Shown: piece after piece, positions 27,465-38,598 of the stretch
Position numbering within the stretch: the first letter of the stretch is position 1
Layout: every line of letters begins with the position of its first letter
Source: Lophium mytilinum
Taxonomy: Eukaryota
NCBI GenBank assembly: GCA_010093605.1
Contig: MU004191.1
Coordinates: 1,410,816 to 1,474,815, forward strand
Length of the DNA stretch: 64,000 nucleotides
Reading direction: 5' to 3'
Notes under the pieces: generated by a model
What the model saw: the letters and a program-made list of their open reading frames with translations, nothing else
Told to the model about the DNA's origin: nothing
Database searches by the model: none
Made by a program: the position numbers and the translations under genes

Positions 27465-29363
27465 ATGACTTCGAACGGTACACCTAAAGACATGAATAGT
27501 GCCAGAGAAGAGTTAGCAGCCTATTCGGTGCCACAGGAAGCAAAAGCGCTATTCGAAAACGGCATTTTGAAGAATCCGTTGATTGCACCAACTCTTCCCA
27601 CCGAGATTGCGAGTTGCGCCGAACACATTCACTTCGAAGGAAATGACAAACCTAGCATCCCCATCAATTGGCGGTTTGCAGAGAGCATCGCATCCTTGAA
27701 AGGCTTGGAAGCAGCCATGATCAACGTCCTTTTGAAGAGAAAATACGGCATCGAGCCGCCGAAAGTAGTCATCAACACGTAGGTCACGGTCCAGGCTCCC
27801 CTGATAACTACGATTTGACCAGTTCTAGCGACCATGCGCAGCTGTTTATCATGTCAGCGTTAATATGGACCATTGATCCAGATGGAGAGAAAATAACCAG
27901 GGCTTCGGGACCCGAGTATGACAAGTATATCAGAAACCGCGACCTCCACGATCAAGCACTAGGGTTCCATCGGCAGTCAGCCACGAACATCTACCGAACA
28001 AAAGATGGGCGATTCTTCCATCTACATGGCAGCATGAATCCAGACCCCACGTTGAATAGTTTAGGGCTTCCGGTGCGCAAAGAAGTGGAGACGGTAGAAG
28101 AGTCCTGGAAGCCGTTCGAGGAGAAGATCGGGCAAATCAACTCAGAGGATCTCCAGAAGCTCGAATCCGATGAGTGGAAGCAGGCAGGCACGATATGTTG
28201 GACGACAGACGAGTATCGCGATAGCGAGCATGGAAAGGCCAATGCACACATTGCTCTTTATGATATCAAAGACATCCCCTCGCCCAATCAGCCAGCGGGT
28301 TGGTGGCCGGATTCCGCAGAGACCTCGCCGCAACGACCACTAGCTGGACTAAAGGTCGTGGATCTAACCCGGGTAATTGCAGCGCCTGCGGTCACCCGTG
28401 GCCTGGCTGAGTTGGGTGCCAGTGTGATGCGCGTCACAGCTCCGCATATCACTGATTTCTCGGCGCTACACCTAGATCTGAATTGGGGGAAATGGGAGTC
28501 AGAGTTAGACCTCCGAGAGGAAGACAACCGGGAAAAACTCCGTGCCTTGATTCGAAAGGCGGATGTTGTGGTCCACGGTTACCGTCCTGGGGTACTTGAC
28601 AAATATGGCTTCTCCCAGCAAGGCATACTGGACCTCTGCAAGGACCGAGAGCGTGGTTTGATCGTAGTACGGGAGAACTGCTACGGGTGGCAAGGCCCAT
28701 GGTCGTATAGAAGCGGTTGGCAACAGATCAGTGACGCAGTAAGTAAACTTTGTCCATCTCTCTCATAGCCGCTGACCTGATCGCACCAGAATTGCGGTGT
28801 CTCGATGGAGTTCGGAAGAGCGATGGGTAATAACGAGCCTGTTACTCCAGTTTTCCCCAACTCCGACTATTGCACTGGCGTTTCCGGTGTCGTAGCCATT
28901 CTGAATGCGATTTTACGGCGAGGATCTAAGGGGGGATCTTACAGCATCGATGTAAGGTCTCAAGTGCTTGCCTATTGGCGGATTGAGTGCTAATCGTCAC
29001 CAGATCGCCTTGAACTACTACTCGCAGTGGTTAGTCAACAGTTGCGGAACCTACTCACCAGCGGTTTGGGAAGATGTCTGGGCTCGCAACGGAAATCAGG
29101 TCTTCCGCCATGACCATAATATGACCTATACTCTTCCACGGTATGTGCAGATGCTGAAAACGAATAGCGGTTCAGTGCTCCTCAGGCCAGAGTTCTTCGA
29201 AGACCGGAAAAATGGGGCGCTAGGAAAGCCAGTCCGGACAGTCGCACCTGTGTTGAGATTTCCAGATGGTCCAGTCCAGTTGAGGTATAATGTTGGGACG
29301 CGTTCGAACGGTTTGGACAAGCCGTACTGGCCAAAGGATTTGATGACGGAAATTGTAGCGTAG
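27465..29363 (+). CDS. Family III CoA-transferase (CaiB/BaiF-type), long fungal form
   Basis: ATNIYRTKDGRFFHLHGS, RPLAGLKVVDLTRVIAAP, ADVVVHGYRPG, CYGWQGPWSYRSGWQQISDA, FPNSDYCTG; 3 introns. Confidence 0.92.
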
Positions 29364-29755
29364 GATATCGGAACTTCAACGACTGCGTTTGTTGTAGATA
29401 CGAAAAGGGAATTGGGAGAAGAAAAGATTATGTATTCAAAGAAGGATTTTGTAGGTTGGTAGGAAGTGTACGTGAGCCAGATGACAGGATATAGGCACTG
29501 GTGACGCATTGGGTTTAGCCAATGAGTCAGCTACGTAGTTTTCCGAAATCTCACCTGCCTGAACGAATGGATCTTTCTTTCCCGGCCACCCCGGCATTGG
29601 ATGATCGCTAATGTACGGTGTAAGTAGACTGAGTAGTGAGTCAGAGTAGATAGTAGTGCTGTATAAAAGATGAAGGAACTTAAAGAAAAAGGTATATAAC
29701 TCTCAAAATCATATATAGCAGAACGAAGAGCTGCTTCACCCCCTAATTCGCCATC

Positions 29756-30569
29756 ATGGACTCGCCAATTGTTATAACGACGCCGCGATTGCGGTTATCG
29801 CATATTACAGGAGTGAAGAGCGGCTCTGTGGATTTATCCGATCTCCATCGTGTTTGGGGTAATGAGATCGCTACTAAATGGAAGTACGTGCCAGCTTCTC
29901 TCAATTCAGATTCGCCTGAGCTACCCCTGTCTATCCAGTAGTCCAATAGTGCTGCATTTCACAAGGATTTCGAGACTAACTTTTTATAGCATCCATGGAT
30001 CCTGCAAGACGTTGTCAGAAACCGAAGAGCGGATGAGCACAATCTTGAAGAAAGCGCAAGACTATTTCGTTGTCTATAGAAGGGTTGCTGTTCATCCTGT
30101 GGAGTCCACAGAAGGAGAAGATGCAGCGCCTTCGACATCCAACCCGACCTGGGAGGCAATTGGAATGATCAACCTGGTCCTAACTGAAAAGCCAGATCTG
30201 GATCCATTGCCAATGCCGGCTTCCAAAACCAAGCAAGATTCCAAGGCCGTCGGTGAGCCCGCAAAACCCCCAGTGGTTCAGACGAGGAGTATGGGTTATA
30301 TGTACCTACCAGAGGCGTGGGGCCAGGGATATGGGATGGAAGCAGCCGCTGTTGTTCTCGCTCATTTTCGTCAAGCAGCATCTCGCACGGAAAGCCCGAT
30401 TTTGGTATACGTTGAAGCTGCAGTCGACCCCTCCAACATTGGGAGTCTACGTATTATAGAGAAGCTCGGATTTGAACGAGTTGGACTGAAGTTCATTTCA
30501 GATGAGGAGGTTTTCCTGGCTGGAGCATGGAGAAAGAACGAATATCCAATCTACGGACTGTACCTCTAA
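29756..30569 (+). CDS. RimJ/RimL-like GNAT acetyltransferase
   Basis: ITTPRLRL start, intron 29884-29989, acetyl-CoA motif MGYMYLPEAWGQGYGMEA, and NIGSLRIIEKLGF. Confidence 0.88.
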
Positions 30570-31360
30570 AAATAGCAGGGAGTAGCCATTCCTCTGATTC
30601 AACAACTATTCCTTTGGTCCTGGCAGCTTATTCTCTAGGTTCTCGGCTGCTAGGCTTTTGCATGTTGAGCACCCAGCCCTCTGGGGTTTCAACAACTGGT
30701 TCTTAGGGTTCGAAGGAAGACTCGCTCTGTATGCTGTATATACATAAGTATTGTCCAGGGTTCCAGACATAGAACTTGTGGCTTCGGGCTTGTCACGAAA
30801 TGCTCGTAAGAGGCAACACTCCATTTTGAGTGACATGACAGACATGAGTCAGGGATGAGGGCAGGAGATGGTCTCCTCCATACTCTGCCGAGGTGAAGAG
30901 AGACGAAAGGCCTACCAGCAGAAGTAGCAGAACCTGAATCGTCGACGCCAAAGAAGATAGAAGACTACTTCTAGCTACTCCTAGAGATAGATACGCGTAG
31001 CTAATGACCGTGGAAAGCAGCTCGCCTTGGCATGCATAACTATTCTCCGAAAGGCCCTCAGGAGCCGCTAGGCTCGAATGCCTTGACCGCAATAGTCAGG
31101 TCGTCAGCGCCCTCCAAGCTGCCCGCTCGCCTCCGACGATAAGACAGCGTCCCCAGCAGCCATCAGCCGTACCATTGGCCTCTATGCTCTGCCCTGAATT
31201 GCGCTGAACAGGGCAGGAGGTCGTGTGCGCATTACAACGCGTGCCGTGGACCGTCAACCGGGTAATTGGGGTGTCTTGGTACTACATACAAATAAACCAT
31301 CATGCCCGCCCCGTTGCGCTCTCTATCCACTGCCAATTGCCTCCGCTAGATTTGGTGAAA

Positions 31361-32553
31361 ATGCGCGTACAGTCACTCCTTTCGAGCAGCGTGCTGCTGG
31401 CTACGGCTGCGGCCTGGAACACTGATGGTGAGTGTTGCTGAGGACCTCCGCTGGTGCTTTTACTGACAAAAACGCGTAAAGTGCACAATCAGGTGGGGTT
31501 CATGGCCGAGAAGTTCCTCTCTCCATACACCACGTCGATTCTCGCAAAGATCCTCGAACCGGAATACCAAGGGTCAATTGGACGCGCAGCCGCTTGGGCC
31601 GACGCGTATGCACATACCGCAGAGGGTCGATTCAGCTACCAGTGGCATTGGATCGACTCCAGCGACAACGTAGGAACATCATGCCTGAGCGCTGAACCAA
31701 TTGCTGACGGTTCCAGCCTCCTCAACTCTGCAACACATACTACAACCGTGATTGCACCAAAGGCGGCTGCGTCGTGTCCGCCATCGCCAACCAGACGGAG
31801 ATATTGAAAGGATGCATTGCCGCCGCCAAAAGCGGAGAGCTGTCGGGCGGGAAGAACCTCACATGCTCGTATGCCCTGAAATGGGTTGCGCACTTCTTGG
31901 GCGACGTCTCACAGCCGCTACATGCATCTGGGATCGCTGCCGGCGGGAACTTCTTCAATGTCACCTTTGGCGGGAAGGCCACTGAGCTACATGCCGTAAG
32001 AGCCGACGCATTCAACCAGTACCCGTGTTTCATTACTGACAGTGACAGGTGTGGGATGGCGAAATCATCTACGCCGACTCCAAGGTCCCCAGGTTCTCCA
32101 ACACCTCCCTCGATCCGTGGATGAACGGCCTGGTCTCGCGGATCCGAAAGGATGACTTCTTCGAGCCGACGGCCTCGTGGTTGGATTGCGCTGACCCTTC
32201 TACGCCCGTTCAATGTGCCCTCTCCTGGGCGAGAGACACCAATCAAGTACTTATCCCTTGTCTTAAATTTCCCATCATCACTCAGCCCCTTCAACCGCAA
32301 TGTTCATCATTCTAATCTTCGTCTTTAGTGGAATTGTGATTACGTATACAGCCAAGTCTTCAATGGTACGGATCTGCTGACCAGCGGCTACGCTGAAGGG
32401 GCTTATCCCATTGTCGAGCTGCAAATCAGCAAAGGAGCACTGCGACTGGCAACCTGGCTGAACAAACTTGTGTATGGAGACTATAAGAAGGATCGACAAG
32501 TCATCTTGAGAACGAACCCGTCTTGGGTTGGAGGGCCCAGTAAGGGTGCCTAG
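31361..32553 (+). CDS. Secreted S1/P1 nuclease
   Basis: Signal peptide ending TAAA, then W-NTD-VH; AAAWAD, WHWID, HFLGDVSQPLH, GGN, LHAVWD, VELQISKGALRLATWLN; 4 introns. Confidence 0.95.
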
Positions 32554-32906
32554 ATGCGAAGATTTTCGGGGAGGTGGATCTATGGGAGTGATGTATCAAA
32601 TCTAAAAAAGCATATAAGACGGTTAATGATATGATGTAAGAGCGAGAGCTTCTTTTTGACTATGAGGTTTCAGCTTCTCGCAAGTGAAGACGCACATAAA
32701 CTACTTTCGTAGGACGCTATTCAAGGTTTACAACGTGAGGTTCACATTAAGATTATGGATTATATCGTGTGGACATCAGACTTGTTGCAAGCCATTGCCT
32801 AATCTCACAATCAAAGGTGAAGAACCAAATCGTTCGAATTAGAGTTGCATGATAAGCTAGCTCAAGACTGCGGCCTCATGAACAAGTAAGGAGTATTTCC
32901 AGCCGC

Positions 32907-35194
32907 CTAGTAAGCCACCATAGCCGAGAATCCCTCCATCTCCCTATCGAAGTTCTTATGCTGGGAGATAGCAAAGAAATACGAGTCCACAAAGTCCTTC
33001 GCGCCCTTCGCCATCTTCACTGCCTCCTTGAAGCTTTCTGGATGCACCTGGCTTGCCGTCACTACACCATACGAGTCCACCACCTCTCCGGATGTCGAGA
33101 ACGAGACACCTGGAAGCTGGCATGCGTCGCGGACGAAGGCTACTGCCTCGCCAGTCGCGCCGATGGCCTTCAGGTGTCCGAATGCCTCGCGCACCCAGTG
33201 CAGGGCGCGGCCATTCTTGCGGAGAGTCGCAATAGCGTCAGCACCGCCGGGCACAAAGATGGAGTCGAACATGGTTGAGCGCATGCCCTCGAGGTGGTGG
33301 TCTGGCACTACGCCCTTGCCGCTGGACTTGCTCTCGCCAGCAGCGAAGATGGTGTTGCGCTTTGGGCCGATGGTGAAGGGGACAGCACCTGACGCGGTCA
33401 GGGCAGCCTTGACTCCGTTGTAGGCGATAGCATCATAGCCCTCTGCGATGATGATGGCAACGCGGCGAGTGGCGATGGTTGGCTCTGCTGGCATATACTC
33501 GAGCTGGCTCAGACCCTTCGCCTTCTTGCCGTGGTTGGGACGCTTGGCCTCGGAGGGCACATCGGCGCCGACCATTTCGGCGACTTGCTGCGCAAGGTCG
33601 AGGTCGATGTCGTTAAGGCGGTCGGCCATGCGCTTGTAGACGACTGGGTCCTCGCAGTGGTCGAGTTCGAAGCCTAAAGCGGCTACAATATGGGCTTTCT
33701 CAGGGGGCGACAGTGAGTTGTAGAATAGTTGGGCTTGGTTGAAATGCTCCCTAAACTTCTTGCTCTTCAGGCGCGTCTTGATACCAGCAACCTTCTCAGG
33801 ATAGTCAACGTACCCACCCTCTTGCGCAGTGGCCGGGGGGTGAGCCTCGAACCGATTGGGCCAGTAGTTGGCCTTGCCCTTGGTGATGGTGTGCCTCATT
33901 GCACCATCTCGGTTGTTATTCATGACGGGGCAGACAGGTTTGTTGACCGGCAGCTCTTCGAAGTTGACACCGAGACGAGAGAGTTGAGTGTCTTGGTAAG
34001 AGAAGTTGCGTCCCTGGAGGAGGGGATCATCGGATAGACCAATACCGGGGACGATGTGGCTTGTGCAGAAAGCCAACTGCTCGACTTGCGTGAAGTACTC
34101 ATCTGGCATGCGGTTCAATTCGAGTTGTCCGATGTATCGGATTGGAATGAGCTCCTCTGGCCAAAGCTTGGTGGCATCTAGGATGTCAAACTCGAAGTCT
34201 TGCTCTTGAGCTTCTGGGATGACCTGGATACCGAACTTCCACTTGGGGAATGCTCCGGCACTGATGGCTTCTTCCAGATCTTTACGATGAAAGTCCGGGT
34301 CTTGTCCGGCAAGCTTCAGTGCCTCGTCCCACACGAAGGAATGGACGCCTAACTCAGGTGTAAAGTGGAACTTGACGAAATTCCGCTCTCCCTTGGCATT
34401 GATGAGAGTGTAAGTGTTGACACCAAACCCCTGCATCATCCGGTAGGATCTTGGAATGGCTCGGTCGGATTGAGTCCACAGAAACATATGTGTAGCCTCA
34501 GGGTGTAGATATTGGAAGTCCCAGAAGTTGTTGTGAGCAGTCTGAGCCTGGGGAACTTCATTGTCGGGCTCAGGCTTGCCGGCATGAATCACATCGGGGA
34601 ATTTCATGGAGTCTTGGATGAAGAATACTGGGATGTTGTTGCCAACGATGTCCCAGTTTCCTTCTTCAGTGTAGAACTTGACGGCGAATCCTCGCACATC
34701 ACGAACGGTATCTGCGCTGCCCCGGCTTCCAAGAACGGTAGAGAATCGCAGAGCAACGGGAGTCTCGCGCTTCGTGTCTGTAAGAACTCCTGCGGACGTC
34801 ACGTCTTCGGCGCTCTCGAACAGAGTGAACTTTCCGAAGGCAGCAGCGCCTCGAGCGTGGACGACTCGTTCGGGTATACGTTCATGATCGAATCGGTGAA
34901 TCTGCTACGTATCAGAAAGGCCGCCCGTACAATCGAGTGTGGAGTGTATCTGGAACTGACCTTTTCTCTGGCGAAGCCGTCTTCCAGCAAGGATGGGCCA
35001 TTCTTGTCCTCGGTCGAAACGGTCAACCAATCATCAGTGTTGGTTTGCTTGGTACCCCAATCGGAAGTGATGCGAGCTTTGGTGTCATAGGAGTCCTTCG
35101 TGTTGGCCGCCATTTGGGCGAACTTCGCGTCGTGCTCTCCAGGCATGACTTTCTGCACTGTCTCTGTTGCTGTGGAGAGGATTTGGGATGCCAT
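32907..35194 (-). CDS. catA: Large-subunit monofunctional catalase (CatA type) with C-terminal DJ-1/GATase-like domain
   Basis: GPSLLED...REK|IHRFDHERIPERVVHARG, RFSTVLGSRGSADTVRDVRGFAVKFYT, haem motif RNFSYQDTQ, C-terminal EAFGHLKAIG; no signal peptide; one intron at about 34903-34960. Confidence 0.97.
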
Positions 35195-36865
35195 TAAATC
35201 AAATGAGATTCAGTAGCAATTAGTGAAAGTGCGGGGCTCTCAGAAAGATGGAGAGGTTCATATAGCTCTTTTCCAGCAAGCGTAGTGGTGACGTCTGCCG
35301 TACGTAGGCTTTGCAAAAGCTTCAAGGGTGCACGAGCAACTGCCGCGGGCACTTCCACGTGGACAGAGCCTCCATAACTTCTGCATTGTCGCGTGGCAGG
35401 GAGCCAATCAGAATTCATCCAATTCATCTTTCTCTGATGTATGGTGGACGTCAACCGGATCATGGAGGTAGCCTGCCTGCCGAGGAAGCGCTAGAGCTAG
35501 TGACTAGGATGAGATGGGATTTCAGATTTCGATGCGGAGATTCCCATCTCGCTTGCCACCATCGAGAACATTAAGCTTTGAAATCCGTCCTACCACGTTG
35601 GTGTAAACCTGGAAGACGATCAAATGATGACGAGGTGAACGAAGCGTGACAGAGAAAAGACTGATGGGAGTTTATAGTTCGAGATTCGAATAACGGTCGT
35701 TCCGCATACACCCGCTGCCATTTTTGATACTAGCGAAGCAGAGATGAACAGAGGCGAAGGAGCTGAAGATTGAAGTCTAGAAAGAAGAGCCATGTAGTTG
35801 TACTCAAGAGCAGGGAGTAGATACATAGGCCTCAAGCCTGTTTAAGATTCCATGATGAAGCTAGACATGACTTCGAAAGGCTTCAAGCATAATCATATAG
35901 GACTCACGTGGCTTCGCGTTTTGAGAGGCCAGACTAGTTGACACCTGCCATCTGCGGTTACTCCCGTCCGAAGACTCACTAGATGCATAATAATCCGACC
36001 TGACATTAGGCCGAGTATGATCCGGTACTTCTGAATGATTCGAATCTGAACATGATCCGCGGACCGCAAAAGGTATTGCCAAGGATCTTGGTCCTCAGTG
36101 CTTTGGACGAATTCATCAACGTGATATGCTTTGAGGTTTTTTGAACTTGGCAACTCCCTAATTTCACCGAGGTATCAAAAGGACAAGATCATCAAGATAC
36201 GCCCATGGATACACGCGGCTCTAACAAAAAAACGGTGATCCCATCTTGGCCCATTTTAGCCCATCTCAACTCCCGGCCATTCTCAACACCACCTCATTCT
36301 CACACCATATTCACAAACCCGAGCCTAGCCCCCAGCAACTCCGAGGCCCCGTACTCGTCGCAAGCCACCAACACCAAAAGAACCCACATCAGCTTACAAA
36401 ATATTCACATTCGCACCAATCACCCCCCGTGCCCCCCTCACCACCCACAAGCCTCCCCCCTCAAAACCCGCCCCCAAATCTCCCGCCCGGGCTCCTCTAC
36501 AACCTAAGCTTCTCGGCCTCGGCGCGCCCCGAGCGGCGCCGACCGCGGATCCCCCACCACGCGCCCGTCCCCCACAATTCTGCATGCCCTCCTCTCCAAG
36601 GGAAAAAATATTGCTTTTTCCGCCAACCAGTCGTCGACTCAGGCTCGACATGCTGCTTTGGTTGCTTGGCACAGCACGCCAGTAGTTGCTAACGGCACGC
36701 ATGCAGCCATGGGGCCAGGCGCGCGAGCTCGATGTGGCGTCTGCAACAGCCAGGACGAGATTCCTGCAACGCCCTCGTTTCTGATTTCTGAAAGGGGGCG
36801 CGTGAAAGCACGAGAGCTGGCGGAGGCGAATATGCATGGGGCGTGCAGCGTTGATCGTCGAGGCG

Positions 36866-37479
36866 GGCATTTGTCGAATTCAAAATAGCACAGAACGCTT
36901 GGCGCTTTTTTCTCGGCGTTCCTCACCAAAATCTGTATGAGAATCGCAGCGAGCACCACGTAATTAAGTATTAACCTTCCAACGTCCCCTAAATAACAAA
37001 AGGTAAGGCTGTTAAATAAAAAGAAAGGTTATTTATCCATGCTATAGAGTATCTAGTGTTCTAAGCCTTATATAGGAGCTCCTCCGGCCCGGTAATACTT
37101 AAATGCGTTACAGTACTTAGACTCCTATCTATATCTTAACGCCTTAGTATTATTTACAGTAGATACTTGCGCTCCTTCTACTTATTATTACTTTTATACT
37201 TAAGTTATTAGGAGGCTCTGCTTAGGTGCAAAGGAGACGCGTTTCTAGGCAGAATAGGTAGCAGGTAGATAGTTACTCTAGTGCGCTATAGTACTACTAC
37301 ATTACTACCTGGGTATATAGCATGCCCGAAGAGCCTTACTTGCAATTATTAAGCGGACGTTGAGAGGTTAACATCTACAGTTAGGTGGTTGCTCCCCGTG
37401 ATTCTCATACAGATTTTGGTGAGGAACGCCGAGAAAAAAGCGCCAAGCGTTCTGTGCTATTTTGAATTCGACAAATGCC
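36866..37479. mobile_element. Non-autonomous long-TIR DNA element (foldback/MULE-like), 614 bp, with RIP-like AT-rich core
   Basis: Perfect 80-bp inverted arms (36866-36945 and 37400-37479) continuing inward for about 50 bp at lower identity; interior rich in TpA; no target-site duplication found. Confidence 0.8.
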
Positions 37480-38160
37480 GCCGCCCGCGCGGCGCGCCGT
37501 TATCTAGCTCAGGCGACCCCAAGTACGCAGATACGACGAGGAGAGTCGCGCTGACAGGTACGTCCAGCGTGGCTGACTGGTGGTTGGAGAGGCTGATGTA
37601 CCTTTTTTTGCTGCGCGTTGAGGGGGGGGAGGTGGGGTCAGGCGGATTCGTTGCTCGGCAAGCCCTGACAAGCTTTCGCCCGCCGGGATGCCTGCTTCGA
37701 GTGATGGTGCAGCGACTGGCGTCGCGAGAGGAGGCTGCGTGGGCCAGTCAGGTTCACAGGGCCGTCGTGGTGGGCGGATCTGCTTTGCCTACAGGACCAA
37801 GGACGGGCGCGATGTGCGGGAATGTATGCACAGTATATGCACGCAGATACGTCGTGTATCAACTAGTAGAACTTTTCTGCATTTGCGAGACCCGCTATCA
37901 TGTCATCCACCAGAATTTCCCGAGGGGCGCGTATGTAGATGGGAAAGGGAGAAGAAGAAACAACATGCAGCTTGTAGTGAAGGGTTAAAGAAAAGAAATC
38001 AAGCCAACATGATAAGTAGAAACATGAATGTGATGTATGAAGGTGGTAGGTACTCCAGCTGCGCGTCTTTCGTGCGGCATATATGCTCATCCAGACTAAA
38101 CTCCAACCCCGCTATATCCAAATGCTATTGGCTTTAGGCAGCCCTCATGCGTTGTTCCGT

Positions 38161-38598
38161 CTACTCCAGTAGAGTGAAGTCCGGAACACCCGGCTCGCCG
38201 CCCCAGTGGACGGGGCCCAGCTTGAGGAATCGTGGGCGCCCAAACGACTCGGAGCTGCTGACGCTGCTGGAACGCCTCTTCTTGAGCATATATTCGATCT
38301 CTTCGGCGGTGGTGTCCGCGGAGCCAACGGTTGGGGATGCCATCTCAGCCGGGATAAAGTCGTCAACTCGGTCGACTATCGGGGAAGCCGAAATCTTCGA
38401 GGCAGTGGAGGAAACACGTGGGCGAGAGGGGTAAGAAGCAGAGGTGACCGGTGCCAGGGTGAGGAAGGTGAAGTTCCGAACGGGAATGTGGTGCGAGCAC
38501 TCGGTCGTTGAGACCTGGACGGGGGAAGCGGGCTCGATGATTTGCTCCATGGTCTTTTCGGCAAAGTTAACGGACTTCTTCGGCGATTCAGAGGCCAT
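38161..38598 (-). CDS. Small Ser/Pro-rich protein, 145 aa
   Basis: GCC-ATG-G start context, TATAAA at 38714-38709, CT-rich leader, C/G-ending codons, and a structured-looking tail RFLKLGPVHWG. Confidence 0.75.
   Translation of the reverse strand: MASESPKKSVNFAEKTMEQIIEPASPVQVSTTECSHHIPVRNFTFLTLAPVTSASYPSRPRVSSTASKISASPIVDRVDDFIPAEMASPTVGSADTTAEEIEYMLKKRRSSSVSSSESFGRPRFLKLGPVHWGGEPGVPDFTLLE

Noticed and set aside
35620..36153. Short minus-strand ORFs upstream of catA, possible pseudogene
   Set aside because: Non-ATG starts, no recognisable family motif and no consistent splice structure.
36639..37988. Two ORFs (36639-36959 minus, 37389-37988 plus) sharing ILIQILVRNAEKKAPSVLCYFEFDKC
   Set aside because: The shared peptide is just the 80-bp inverted repeat read outward; both have non-ATG starts and no similarity beyond the arms.
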